This document shows, piece by piece, positions 22,604 through 32,223 of a DNA stretch of 64,000 nucleotides; the stretch's first letter is position 1; the number at the start of each line of letters is the position of its first letter. The notes beneath the pieces are model-generated. The model was given only the letters and a program-made list of their open reading frames with translations, ran no database searches and was not told the DNA's origin. The translations under genes and the position numbers were made by a program. This stretch comes from Longimicrobiales bacterium. GTDB lineage: Bacteria > Gemmatimonadota > Gemmatimonadetes > Longimicrobiales > Gaopeijiaceae. The stretch lies in NCBI GenBank assembly GCA_965116905.1, contig OZ220732.1, positions 2,272,001-2,336,000 of the forward strand. The letters run 5' to 3'.

Positions 22604-23286
22604 TGGCGCGCCGGGGTGCCGCGCGGCCCGTGGCGGCGAAGGTGTGCGGCGTGATGACGCCCCGCGACGCGGGGGTGGTGGAGGGGGCGGGGGCGGACTT
22701 CATCGGCGTGATCCTCTCGCCGGGCTTCGGGCGCAGTGTGGCGGCCGAGCGGGCCGGTGCGATCTACGACGCCGCGTCGGCGCGCCGGGTCGGGGTCTTC
22801 GTGGACGCGGACGAGGGGGACGTGACCCGGATCGCGGCCGAGCTGGATCTTGACGTGATCCAGCTGGGGGGGAGCGAGAGGACCGACGTCGTGGCGCGGA
22901 TCGGGGCGGCGGGGAGGTGGGGGGTGTGGAAGACGGTCCACGCACGGCCGGACGTGCCGTTGGCGGACGCCGCGGCGCCGTACGCGGCCGTTGCGGACGG
23001 CATTCTGCTCGACTCCTGGGACCCGCGGCGCCCCGGGGGCACCGGAAGGACCTTTTCGTGGGCGGGGGTGGGCCGTGAGGTGCGGCGCGCCATCGGGTCC
23101 GCGACCCTCATCGCGGCCGGGGGCATGAACCCGGACAACGCTGCCGATGCGGTCCGGGCCCTGGCCCCCGACGTGCTCGACGTCAGTTCGGGGGTGGAAG
23201 CCGCCCCGGGGACCAAGGACGCCGGCAGAACGCGAGCCTTCGTGCGCGCGGTGAGGCGTGCGGGCAGGGAGGAGGGGGAACGTTGA
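22600..23286 (+). CDS. trpF: Phosphoribosylanthranilate isomerase
   Basis: KVCG, VGVF, GGTGRTF, AGG, DVSSGVE. Confidence 0.94.
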   Translation: MMARRGAARPVAAKVCGVMTPRDAGVVEGAGADFIGVILSPGFGRSVAAERAGAIYDAASARRVGVFVDADEGDVTRIAAELDLDVIQLGGSERTDVVARIGAAGRWGVWKTVHARPDVPLADAAAPYAAVADGILLDSWDPRRPGGTGRTFSWAGVGREVRRAIGSATLIAAGGMNPDNAADAVRALAPDVLDVSSGVEAAPGTKDAGRTRAFVRAVRRAGREEGER

Positions 23287-24473
23287 CGGCCCCGGTCCGC
23301 GAACCCGGGCGGTACGGCCCCTACGGCGGGCGCTACGTGCCCGAGACGCTGATCCCGGCGCTGGATGAACTGACGGGCGCGTACGCGCGGGCCAAGGCCG
23401 ATCCGTCGTTCCTGGCCGAGTTCGATGCTCTGAGCGCGGACTACGTCGGCCGTCCCACGCCCCTCTACCGCGCCCGCCGCTTCGAGGCGGAGGCCGGGGT
23501 CGGGCCGGTCTACCTCAAGCGCGAGGATCTGAACCATACCGGCGCCCACAAGATCAACAACACGGTCGGGCAGGCGCTCCTCGCGAAGCGAATGGGAAAG
23601 CCCAGGATCATCGCCGAGACGGGGGCCGGGCAGCACGGCGTGGCGACGGCGACCGCGTGCGCGCTCTTCGACATGGAATGCGTGGTCTACATGGGCATGG
23701 AGGACGTGGAGCGGCAGTCTCTCAACGTCTACCGCATGGAGCTGCTCGGAGCCGAGGTGCGGCCCGTCGAATCCGGGACCCGGACGCTCAAGGACGCCAC
23801 CAACGAAGCGCTGCGCGACTGGGTCACCAACGTGCGCGACACGCACTATATCATCGGCTCGGTGGTGGGTCCCCACCCCTTCCCGCTGATCGTGCGCGAC
23901 TTCCAGGCGGTCATCGGGCGCGAGGCCCGGCGCCAGATCCTCGAGGTTGAGGGTCGGCTCCCCGCATCGGTGGTGGCGTGCGTCGGGGGCGGCTCCAATG
24001 CGATGGGGATGTTTCACGCCTTTGTCGGGGACGAGGGAGTTGCCCTGATCGGGGTCGAGGCGTCCGGGCACGGGCTGGGGAGCGGCCACTCGTCGGCGCC
24101 CCTGAGCGAGGGCCGGCCCGGAGTGCTGCACGGATCGCTGAGCTATCTGCTCCAGGACGCGGACGGGCAGGTCGCGCCCGCCCACTCGATCGCGGCGGGA
24201 CTGGACTACCCGGGCGTCGGGCCGGAGCACTCCCATCTCATGGATTCGGGCCGCGCCAGGTACGTGAGCGTCGGGGACGAAGCCGCAGAGAGGGCGTTTC
24301 GGGCGCTGCCGGGGCTGGAGGGGATCATCCCGGCGCTGGAGACGGCCCATGCGCTCGCCTGGGTCGCCGCAGCGGGGCGGCGGGGCGAGATCGCGGCGCC
24401 GGTGGCCATCTGCCTGAGCGGGCGGGGCGACAAGGACGTGGTGCACGTGTCCCGTCTGGCAGTCCGTGGATAA
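23283..24473 (+). CDS. trpB: Tryptophan synthase beta chain
   Basis: [37 protein letters not shown]. Confidence 0.98.
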   Translation: MTAPVREPGRYGPYGGRYVPETLIPALDELTGAYARAKADPSFLAEFDALSADYVGRPTPLYRARRFEAEAGVGPVYLKREDLNHTGAHKINNTVGQALLAKRMGKPRIIAETGAGQHGVATATACALFDMECVVYMGMEDVERQSLNVYRMELLGAEVRPVESGTRTLKDATNEALRDWVTNVRDTHYIIGSVVGPHPFPLIVRDFQAVIGREARRQILEVEGRLPASVVACVGGGSNAMGMFHAFVGDEGVALIGVEASGHGLGSGHSSAPLSEGRPGVLHGSLSYLLQDADGQVAPAHSIAAGLDYPGVGPEHSHLMDSGRARYVSVGDEAAERAFRALPGLEGIIPALETAHALAWVAAAGRRGEIAAPVAICLSGRGDKDVVHVSRLAVRG

Positions 24474-24705
24474 AGCCGCCCGGGCACCGAGAGCGGCGAG
24501 GCGCCGGGCCGGCAAGGCGCGACGAAAGGCCAGTAGCAGTGCTACGGGCCCGAGGAGCAACGCGGAGCACGGCCCCGACAGGCCAGAACGTAAAGTAAAC
24601 ATGACATTGTGTAAACTATGATTTACAGCGTGAAGAGGCGAGGCCGAGCGCCCGGCCCGGATGCATCGCCGTTCGAATGCCGGGGGGATTTTGTCCACGG
24701 ACTGC
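24459..24705 (+). mobile_element. 247-bp MITE-like fold-back element, copy A
   Basis: Terminal inverted repeats GCAGTCCGTGGA(T/C)AAA flanked by TG on both sides; homologous to 39993-40239 in reverse orientation. Confidence 0.8.
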
Positions 24706-24739
24706 TGGGTGGGGGGGAAGCCGGGAAGGGGGCCGTGCC

Positions 24740-25549
24740 GTGAGCGGGCGTGCGCCGGTGGGACGAATCGGTGCCCGGTTCGAGAAGCTGGCCCGGGAGG
24801 GGCGCCGCGGCTTTATCCCGTACGTTACGACCGGGTACCCGTCGCTGGCCCACACGCGTGAGATGGTGGCCGGGCTGGCCGAACTGGGCGCCGACGTGAT
24901 CGAGCTCGGCATCCCGTTCAGCGACCCGATGGCCGACGGACCCACGATCCAGCGTTCCAGCCAGGGCGCTCTGGACAACGGAACGACCGTCGACGACGTG
25001 TTCGAAGTGCTGCGGGACCTGCGGCGTACGAGCGATGTGCCGGTGGTCGTCTTTTCGTACCTCAATCCCATCTATTCGCGCGGCGTGGACGCCTTTGTGC
25101 GCGAGGCGGTCGAGGCGGGTGCCGACGGGATTCTGCCCACGGATCTCCCCCTCGGTGCCGATCCGGAGCTCGAGTCGAAAATCCTCGATTCCCCCCTGGA
25201 CCTGGTGCGCCTCGTGGCTCCGACCACGACTCCGCAGCGGGTTCGGGAGATCGCGCTGGCCAGCCAGGGGTTCGTCTACTATGTGGCGCGCACCGGCGTG
25301 ACCGGTGCCCGCGAGCAGCTGAGGAGCGCCCTGGCGGAGGAGGCGAACGCGGTTCGTTCGGTTTCGCCGCTGCCGGTGGCCGTGGGCTTCGGCGTGTCCA
25401 CTCCAGACCATGCGCGCGCGGTCGGCGCGGCCGCCGATGCCGCTGTGGTCGGGAGCGCGCTCGTCGCCCGCCTGGACGAGGGGGGAGTGGATGGGGCCCT
25501 GGCTCTGGCAGGCGACCTCAGGCGGGCCCTCGACGAGGTGTGCAGCTAG
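24740..25549 (+). CDS. trpA: Tryptophan synthase alpha chain
   Basis: IELGIPFSDPMADGPTIQ, GFVYYV, GVTG, VGFG, VVGSA. Confidence 0.97.
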   Translation: MSGRAPVGRIGARFEKLAREGRRGFIPYVTTGYPSLAHTREMVAGLAELGADVIELGIPFSDPMADGPTIQRSSQGALDNGTTVDDVFEVLRDLRRTSDVPVVVFSYLNPIYSRGVDAFVREAVEAGADGILPTDLPLGADPELESKILDSPLDLVRLVAPTTTPQRVREIALASQGFVYYVARTGVTGAREQLRSALAEEANAVRSVSPLPVAVGFGVSTPDHARAVGAAADAAVVGSALVARLDEGGVDGALALAGDLRRALDEVCS

Positions 25550-25553
25550 GCAG

Positions 25554-27191
25554 CTAGGGCCTTAGTCGGTCCGCCAGCCGGGGATCCGGCGCGACGAATA
25601 CGGTGCGGACACGGTCCGGGATCACCGCGCCCGGTGCCGCCTTCCGGGGCTTGCGCACCCATTTGCGGCGGGTCCAGTCGACCGGCACCGTGGCCGACGC
25701 ACGCGCGCCGCTGTGGCTGGCGGCCAGAATCGCGGCCTCTTCCAGATCGGCTGCGGGGGGACTGTCCGGGCTCGTCCAGCGCAGGATCACGTGGGCTCCC
25801 GCCGCGTGGCGCGCGTGCAGCCAGATGTCGGCTGGCCGGGAGTGGTGGAACGTGAGGTCGTCGTTGCGGCGGGCACCGCGCCCTACCCGGATCTCCAGGC
25901 CTCCCGAACTCCTGTAGGATCGATAGGGAAGCAGCGGGGCAGAGCCCGGCCGGGCGGGAGAGCGGCGGGTCGCCGCCGGTGTCAGGGCCGCGACCTCCCG
26001 GGACGACAGTCGAGCATTCCGGGCGCGTTGTTGCAGGTCTTCGATCCGGGCAAGTTCGGCCTCCGCTTCGCCTATCCGTTCGCGCAACGTAACCGCGCCC
26101 CTCTCCAGTCTGCCGGCCTTCCGGAAGAGTGCGTTGGCGTGCTCCTGCGGCCTGCTCCCGGGATCCAGCAATACCACGCGTGGCCGCCCGTCGAAGCCGA
26201 CGAGTGCCGCCTCGCTCGCACCGGCGTCGATCAAGTGGATTGAGGAGAGGATGAGCGCGGCTTCCTCTCGCATCCGGTCCGCGCGGGCGGTCCGCTCCAG
26301 CTGATGGTGCAGCCGCTTCAGCTTTCTTTGTACGCGGCGGCGCTCACCGGCCAGTGCCCGTGCCACCGCGGCGGACGCGCGGCCGGCGTCGGGATCTGCC
26401 GCGGCCAGCACGTCTTCCATGCCATGCAACAGGCTCTCGACCGCCCTGGCGGGCATTGGGGGCAGGGGCCAGGGGTAGGGCTGCGGTCCCGACGGCATCT
26501 CCAGCAGGTGGGGCGAACGGGCTGCGGGCGCCGCCATCCGACGCCACCTGCGGAATCCTTCTTCCCTGGTCGGGGCCTCCAGCAGATACCGGGCGTTCAG
26601 GCTGGACGCATGAGCGACACCGGTCAGCAGGGCCCTGCGGGCGTCTTTCGGGCTCAACCCTTCGAATCGCAGGTCCCAGGCAGCCAGATCCAGCTCGTCC
26701 GTTCGCCGGGCACCGTCAGGCCCGGACGGGGGCGCCCATGGCTGTCCGACCCGGTGTCTTCCGGAGCCAGCGCTCGTCAGCCGTTTTCGCACGCGCAGCT
26801 CGGGTCCATCCGTCCACAGTGCGTTCCATCGGTTCGTCGCGAGTTCGACGATCAGCGACGGGTGCGGCTTCCTGCCCCGCACGCGCCGGAATCCGAACAC
26901 GATTATGCGCTCGTCCCAAACTGCCTCCACACGGGTCAGCACCGCGGGCAGCGGCTCGGCCTCCGGCTCGGGCTCCTGCACCGACGCCGGCTCCGATCCC
27001 GGCTCCGACGCCTCCCGCAGCACGATCACTCCCGTCCCTGGGGACAGGTCCACGACCAGCGTCGCGTCACGGAAATGGACCGCGACCCGCCTGGTTTCAC
27101 GGTCGAATCGAATGGTGCGAGCCCGTGCGCCGACAAGCCGGTCCTCAAGCTCGGCAGCGACCGCGCGGGCCAGACACGGATCCCAGATCAC
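25554..27191 (-). CDS. NFACT (RqcH/FbpA-like) ribosome quality control protein
   Basis: C-terminal VGRGARRNDDLT, WLHARHAAGAHV, VDWTRRKWVRKP NFACT-R domain; GTG start inferred. Confidence 0.85.
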   Translation of the reverse strand: MIWDPCLARAVAAELEDRLVGARARTIRFDRETRRVAVHFRDATLVVDLSPGTGVIVLREASEPGSEPASVQEPEPEAEPLPAVLTRVEAVWDERIIVFGFRRVRGRKPHPSLIVELATNRWNALWTDGPELRVRKRLTSAGSGRHRVGQPWAPPSGPDGARRTDELDLAAWDLRFEGLSPKDARRALLTGVAHASSLNARYLLEAPTREEGFRRWRRMAAPAARSPHLLEMPSGPQPYPWPLPPMPARAVESLLHGMEDVLAAADPDAGRASAAVARALAGERRRVQRKLKRLHHQLERTARADRMREEAALILSSIHLIDAGASEAALVGFDGRPRVVLLDPGSRPQEHANALFRKAGRLERGAVTLRERIGEAEAELARIEDLQQRARNARLSSREVAALTPAATRRSPARPGSAPLLPYRSYRSSGGLEIRVGRGARRNDDLTFHHSRPADIWLHARHAAGAHVILRWTSPDSPPAADLEEAAILAASHSGARASATVPVDWTRRKWVRKPRKAAPGAVIPDRVRTVFVAPDPRLADRLRP

Positions 27192-27281
27192 GGGCCTTGG
27201 TGCCGAGCCTGGGGCCCGGTTACCGTTACGATGACGACTGACCTGACCATTCTTCAAGGTACACGGACTGCTGGGGGTAAC

Positions 27282-27884
27282 ATGTCGGTAGGCGTGCGGA
27301 CGAGGGCCCCGGTTCACCCGATCGTCGCGGCCGCCGCGGAGGGCCGGCTGCCCGAGTGGGCTGTTGCCGGCGCGGGGCGGCGGCAGCATATGGAGCGGGT
27401 GGCGGGTGTGCTCGAAGGCTGGGCCCGCGAGATGGGGCTCGGGGGGGAGGACATCGCGAGGTGGCGCGGCGCAGGCATCCTGCACGATGCGCTGCGAGAC
27501 GCGTCGCCCGCCGAACTGGCCGGCATCCTGCCGAGCCGGCTTCGCAAGCTGCCGCGAAATGCCCATCATGGCCCCGCGGCGGCGATCCTGCTGCGTGCCG
27601 GTGGCGTATCGGATCGCGGCCTCTTGCGTGCGGTTCGTTGGCATACACTGGGCTCGAAGAGGTTCGGCAAGCTCGGCAAGGCCCTGTACGCGGCCGATTT
27701 CCTCGAGCCCGGCCGGTCGGGAAAGAGAAAATGGCGAAGCGGACTGAGGGCGCGTGCATCGGACGAACTGGACCGGGTGGTCACCGAAATCCTGAGAAAC
27801 CGGATAGATTACCGTGTACGCGCCGAGCTGCCGGTCCACCCGCGCACGATCGGCTTCTGGAACTCACTCGTAAAGGCTTCCTGA
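27282..27884 (+). CDS. HD-domain phosphohydrolase (YqeK-like)
   Basis: H..RV, GILHDA, HGPAAA, AVRWHTLG, LYAADFLEPGR. Confidence 0.85.
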   Translation: MSVGVRTRAPVHPIVAAAAEGRLPEWAVAGAGRRQHMERVAGVLEGWAREMGLGGEDIARWRGAGILHDALRDASPAELAGILPSRLRKLPRNAHHGPAAAILLRAGGVSDRGLLRAVRWHTLGSKRFGKLGKALYAADFLEPGRSGKRKWRSGLRARASDELDRVVTEILRNRIDYRVRAELPVHPRTIGFWNSLVKAS

Positions 27885-27893
27885 CGACAGCCG

Positions 27894-28463
27894 ATGGGAC
27901 GATTCCTGAGAGCGGCAATCTTCAGCCTTGCGGCCCTGGGCGTGATTGTGCTCCTCGCATCTTCCATCATGCAGTGGATTCCGGAGGCGACAGCGCCGCC
28001 GGGCCCCGTGTTTTCGCCGGCGCAGGACACGGAGAGCGGGCGCGAGGCGCGCATCACGGTGGACGTGCGCAATGCGGGCGGGGTCGACGGCATGGCGCGC
28101 GCCGCGACGGACTACTTGCGGGAGGCGGGCTTCGACGTGGTCGGAATCGGCAACGCCCGCAGCTTCGACCAGGAGACGTCGGTGGTGATCGACCGCGTGG
28201 GGAACCGGGGTACGGCTGCCCGGGTAGCGGAGGTGCTGGGGATCGACAGCGTAGCCAGCGAGCCGGACCCGAACCTCTTCGTTGACGTTACCGTAAGGCT
28301 TGGTGCCGCGTGGTCGATTCCGCAGGAGTCGGTCCCGGTCGCGGTCGTGGCGCAACCGGAACGGGCCGGCTTCATCGCACGGCTGCGAGAGTTCCTTGCC
28401 GGCATGGGAGACGAAGGCCAGGGCATGGGAGACGAGGGCCAGGGCATGGGAGACGAGGGCTAG
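27894..28463 (+). CDS. LytR C-terminal domain membrane protein
   Basis: N-terminal TM; VDVRNAGGVDGMA, GFDVVGIGNA, DVTVRLG. Confidence 0.85.
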   Translation: MGRFLRAAIFSLAALGVIVLLASSIMQWIPEATAPPGPVFSPAQDTESGREARITVDVRNAGGVDGMARAATDYLREAGFDVVGIGNARSFDQETSVVIDRVGNRGTAARVAEVLGIDSVASEPDPNLFVDVTVRLGAAWSIPQESVPVAVVAQPERAGFIARLREFLAGMGDEGQGMGDEGQGMGDEG

Positions 28464-28469
28464 GCATGG
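28401..28469 (+). repeat. 3 x 21-bp tandem repeat at gene junction
   Basis: GGCATGGGAGACGARGGCYAG x3, then GCATG of lepB. Confidence 0.9.
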
Positions 28470-29248
28470 CCGCAAAACGGAGACGGAAGACCCGCCGCGC
28501 ATCGGCGCCACGGGGCCGCGGAAAGACCGCGAAGGAGCCTACGAAGGGCCGCCGCGGGGCGGCCAGGGACGAAGAGGGCGGGAGTGGGGCCGAATGGATC
28601 AAGTCCATCTTCTACGCGTTTGTCATCTTTTTTGTCATGAGACTCTTCCTGATCCAGACCTTCGTGATCACCTCCGGATCGATGGAGAACACCCTTCTGG
28701 TCGGGGACTTCCTGGTGGTCAACAAGGCGGCGATCGGCTCCCGGGTTCCCTTCACCGACATCCGGATTCCGGGATACTCGGAGCCCAGGCGGGGCGATGT
28801 CCTCGTCTTCGATCCGCATCACGAGGAGGACATGACGCTCGTCAAGCGCCTCGTGGGCGTGCCCGGGGACGTTCTGGAGATGCGGGACCGGGTGCTGTAC
28901 CTGAACGGACAACCGCAGGACGAGCCCTATGTCGTGAGGAGCGGGCGTCCCGACGAATTCGACCCCTCGATGCTGTGGCAACTGAATCACCTCGTCGAGG
29001 CCGCGCCCGACGAGTATCGCCCGACGCGTGACAACTGGGGTCCTCTGTTGGTCCCGGACGGGTACTACTTCATGCTGGGCGACAATCGCGACTCAAGTCT
29101 CGATTCGCGGTTTTGGGGACTGCTGGAAGGATGGCGTTTCGAGGGGCGCGCGGCGCGCATCTATTTCTCATACAACCGCGACTCGGACCGTCCCTTTCCG
29201 TGGATCAGGGAGATCCGCGGGAGCCGGATCGGAGACGGAATCCGGTAG
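28466..29248 (+). CDS. lepB: Signal peptidase I
   Basis: SGSMENTLLVGD, LVKRLVGVPGD, GDNRDSSLDSRFWG. Confidence 0.96.
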   Translation: MAAKRRRKTRRASAPRGRGKTAKEPTKGRRGAARDEEGGSGAEWIKSIFYAFVIFFVMRLFLIQTFVITSGSMENTLLVGDFLVVNKAAIGSRVPFTDIRIPGYSEPRRGDVLVFDPHHEEDMTLVKRLVGVPGDVLEMRDRVLYLNGQPQDEPYVVRSGRPDEFDPSMLWQLNHLVEAAPDEYRPTRDNWGPLLVPDGYYFMLGDNRDSSLDSRFWGLLEGWRFEGRAARIYFSYNRDSDRPFPWIREIRGSRIGDGIR

Positions 29249-30320
29249 CAGCCGGGCGTCTTCGACCGCGGCCATGCCGACTGGCCCGCAGCTGTCCGCA
29301 GGCGGCGTCGATGTCCCGGCCCCGCGGTTCCCGTACGGCCACCGGCACTCCGGCATCCTGCAGCCCGTCGCTGAAGGCCCGCACACGCGCCGGCCGACTC
29401 GGCTTCCACTCGACGTAGGGGATGGGGTTGAAGGGAATGAGGTTGACGAACGCCTGGACCCGCCGGGCCAGCTGCACCAGTGGGGCCAGGAGGCCGGGAT
29501 CGTCGTTGACGCCGCGGATCATCGTGTACTCGAAGGTGATCCTGCGTCCCCCTTTGCGATTGAATGCCTCCAGAGCGTCGACGACCTGGTCCAGCGGGTA
29601 GCGGCGCTCGAGCGGAATGATCTCGGCACGGAGTTCCGACACCGGAGCGTGCAGCGAGAGCGCGAGGCGGAACTGCTCGGGCCGGTCCGCCAATTCGGCG
29701 ATGCCCGGGATCACCCCGACGGTGGATACCGTGATCCGCCTGGCCCCGACACGGTAGCCGGCGTTCAGGATGGTGAGTGCCGGGAAGACGTTGCGGCGGT
29801 TCGCCAGGGGCTCGCCCATCCCCATGAAGACGACGTTCGTGACCGTGCCGCGGCCGTGCTCGGCCGCCCACCGCAGCGACGCACGGTATTGGCCGACGAT
29901 TTCCGCCGGGGTCAGCTGTCGCCCGAATCCGGACCACCCGGTGGCGCAGAAGCGGCACTTGAGCGCGCACCCGGCCTGTGACGAGAGGCAGAGGGTGAGG
30001 CGGTCGCCCGAAGGAATGAGGACGCTTTCGACGACCTCGCCGCCCCGCAATGCCCACAGGTGCTTGACGGTTCCGTCCGCGGACTCTGAAACGGTGTCCT
30101 CCGAAGGCTCGTCAAGACGGAGGCTGTCCTCCAGCGCACGGCGTTCGTCCACGGGCAGGTTGGTCATTTCGGCGAACGAACGCGCGTTGCGGGCGAAAAG
30201 CCACTCCTCGACCTGACTCGCCCGGTACGATGGCTGTCCGCGCTGGCGAAAATGACCCTGCAGGGTTTTGCGCAGGCGAGGCGGTGTCAGCCCCAGAAGA
30301 TTCGGTTGGTCGGGGGTCAC
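29205..30320 (-). CDS. rlmN: 23S rRNA/tRNA m2A radical SAM methyltransferase
   Basis: CLSSQAGCALKCRFC, FMGMGEP, NLIPFN, DIDAACGQL. Confidence 0.96.
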   Translation of the reverse strand: MTPDQPNLLGLTPPRLRKTLQGHFRQRGQPSYRASQVEEWLFARNARSFAEMTNLPVDERRALEDSLRLDEPSEDTVSESADGTVKHLWALRGGEVVESVLIPSGDRLTLCLSSQAGCALKCRFCATGWSGFGRQLTPAEIVGQYRASLRWAAEHGRGTVTNVVFMGMGEPLANRRNVFPALTILNAGYRVGARRITVSTVGVIPGIAELADRPEQFRLALSLHAPVSELRAEIIPLERRYPLDQVVDALEAFNRKGGRRITFEYTMIRGVNDDPGLLAPLVQLARRVQAFVNLIPFNPIPYVEWKPSRPARVRAFSDGLQDAGVPVAVREPRGRDIDAACGQLRASRHGRGRRRPAATGFRLRSGSRGSP

Positions 30321-30438
30321 GGGTCGTGGGTCGTCTTTCTTGAAAGCCCCTTGAAGCGGGGCTTAAGTTTACCGCGAGAGCACGTCCGGCGCTCGTGCCG
30401 TCGGCCGGTAACCCCCAATGGCTCACCGGAGACGGTTA

Positions 30439-32223
30439 GTGTCGACAAACGTAAAGAGTGCCACGACGATGCGTACGGCAGGCGCCGGACGGATCACATC
30501 GGTAATGACGGGCCGGGAAGTGCGGATCGCCGGCTGGGTGCATCGCAGGCGGGATCTGGGCGGCCTGGTCTTTCTCGACGTCCGCGACCGCTCGGGCATC
30601 CTCCAGGTGTCGGTGGGTCCCGATTGGTCGTCGGAGCAGGCGGTCGATGCCGTGCGGGGCCTGGGCGTCGAGGACGTGATCCTCGTACGGGGCGTGGTTT
30701 CGGCCAGACCCGAGGCCGCACGCAATCCCGACATGGCCACCGGCGATGTGGAGGTGCAGGCCACCGCGCTTGAGGTGCTCAACAGGGCGCGCACACCGGC
30801 CATACCGGTGTACCGGCCCCCCGAAGAGGAATTGCCATCGGAGAAGCTTCGGCTCCGACACCGCGTCCTCGACCTGAGGCGGCGGGAGCTGCAGGAGAGG
30901 CTGGAGCTGCGCCACCGGCTGGTGCTGGCTGTACGGAACTACTTCGACAGCCAGGGCTTCCTGGAAATCGAGACGCCGATCCTGACCAAGCCCACCCCGG
31001 AGGGTGCACGGGACTTCCTCGTGCCGAGCCGGGTTCACCCGGGCGAATTCTTCGCACTCCCGCAAAGCCCGCAGATCTACAAGCAGTTGCTGATGATTGC
31101 CGGGTTCGACCGCTATGTGCAGATCGCGCGCTGCTTCAGAGACGAGGACCTGCGCGCGGACCGGCAGCCCGAATTCACCCAGATCGACGTGGAGGCGTCG
31201 TTCGTGCAGCCCGAGGACATCTACGGGTGGTGCGAGGGACTGATGGTCGACCTGGCCGAGGTGGCCGGCATCGACGCCGCGCCGCCGTTCCAGCGACTGG
31301 ACTACCACGAAGCCATGGAGCGCTATGGCTGCGACCGTCCCGATACGCGCTACGACCTCGAGATCCGCGATCTCACCGACGTCCTCGGCGGCTTGGACTC
31401 GGACATCCTCCGGCGTGTGGTTGCAGGAGGCGGACGGATCCGGGGCCTCGCGCTGGATGGGGGGGCTCGTCTCACACGGAAGCAGATCGTGGCCATGGAG
31501 GACGCGGCCCGGGCGACCGGCGCACCCGGCCTCCTGTGGGCCAAGGTCACCGAAAGCGGCGCCACGGGTCCGATGGGCCGCTTCTTCCGGGACGATACCG
31601 GCGCAACACTCGGCCTTGCCGCGGGCGACCTCCTCGTCGTGGCCGCGGGAGCGGACCGCGTCACCTCTCCGGCGCTGGACGCGGCCCGTGCCGCCGCCAT
31701 CGTGGCGCTGCAGCTGCCGAAGACCACCGAGCACGCATGGCTCTGGGTGACCGGCTTCCCGGTCTTCGAGGACGCCGGGGACGGGGCGCTGGCGGCGAAC
31801 CACCACCCCTTCGTGCACCCCGACCCCGCCGACGCGCACCTCCTCGACTCCGACCCGCTGGCGGTGCGGGGTCTCGCCTACGACCTGGTCTACAACGGCA
31901 CCGAGCTGGGCTCGGGCAGCATTCGCAACCACGATGCCGACATGCAGACCCGCATCCTCGCGCTGTTGGGGCTCGACCCCGACGAGATCGCGCGCAAGTT
32001 CGGCTTTCTTCTCGAGGCGCTGCGGTCGGGAGCGCCGCCGCACGGCGGGATCGCCCTGGGCGTGGACCGCCTCGCCGCGCGATTCTCCGGTGGCGCGAGC
32101 CTGCGCGACGTGATCGCTTTTCCGAAGACGACCGCGGCGCGGGCGAGCTTCGAGGGCGCGCCGTCACGGGTGTCGCCGGGGGAGCTGGAGGCGCTCGGGA
32201 TTTCGATCGGAGAGCACGAATGA
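30439..32223 (+). CDS. aspS: Aspartate--tRNA ligase
   Basis: RRDLGG, PEGARDF, LPQSPQ, FRDEDLRADRQPEF, GAPPHGGIALG; GTG with GGAGA RBS. Confidence 0.97.
   Translation: MSTNVKSATTMRTAGAGRITSVMTGREVRIAGWVHRRRDLGGLVFLDVRDRSGILQVSVGPDWSSEQAVDAVRGLGVEDVILVRGVVSARPEAARNPDMATGDVEVQATALEVLNRARTPAIPVYRPPEEELPSEKLRLRHRVLDLRRRELQERLELRHRLVLAVRNYFDSQGFLEIETPILTKPTPEGARDFLVPSRVHPGEFFALPQSPQIYKQLLMIAGFDRYVQIARCFRDEDLRADRQPEFTQIDVEASFVQPEDIYGWCEGLMVDLAEVAGIDAAPPFQRLDYHEAMERYGCDRPDTRYDLEIRDLTDVLGGLDSDILRRVVAGGGRIRGLALDGGARLTRKQIVAMEDAARATGAPGLLWAKVTESGATGPMGRFFRDDTGATLGLAAGDLLVVAAGADRVTSPALDAARAAAIVALQLPKTTEHAWLWVTGFPVFEDAGDGALAANHHPFVHPDPADAHLLDSDPLAVRGLAYDLVYNGTELGSGSIRNHDADMQTRILALLGLDPDEIARKFGFLLEALRSGAPPHGGIALGVDRLAARFSGGASLRDVIAFPKTTAARASFEGAPSRVSPGELEALGISIGEHE

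Noticed and set aside
24590..24620. AT-rich core of the 247-bp element resembles a Xer dif site (AGTTTCCATAA-TG-TCATGTTTACT in copy B)
   Set aside because: The arms are only partly dif-like and are separated by 2 bp instead of the required 6 bp
27262..27276. CACGGACTGCTGGG matches the right end and flank of element copy A
   Set aside because: Only 14 bp with no other element sequence nearby; may be chance or an unprovable scar
28401..28469. Short repeats here and at 55176-55241 as possible CRISPR arrays
   Set aside because: Head-to-tail units without unique spacers; no cas genes
29205..29248. 44-bp convergent overlap of lepB and rlmN
   Set aside because: Most simply explained by stop-codon drift extending the RlmN tail
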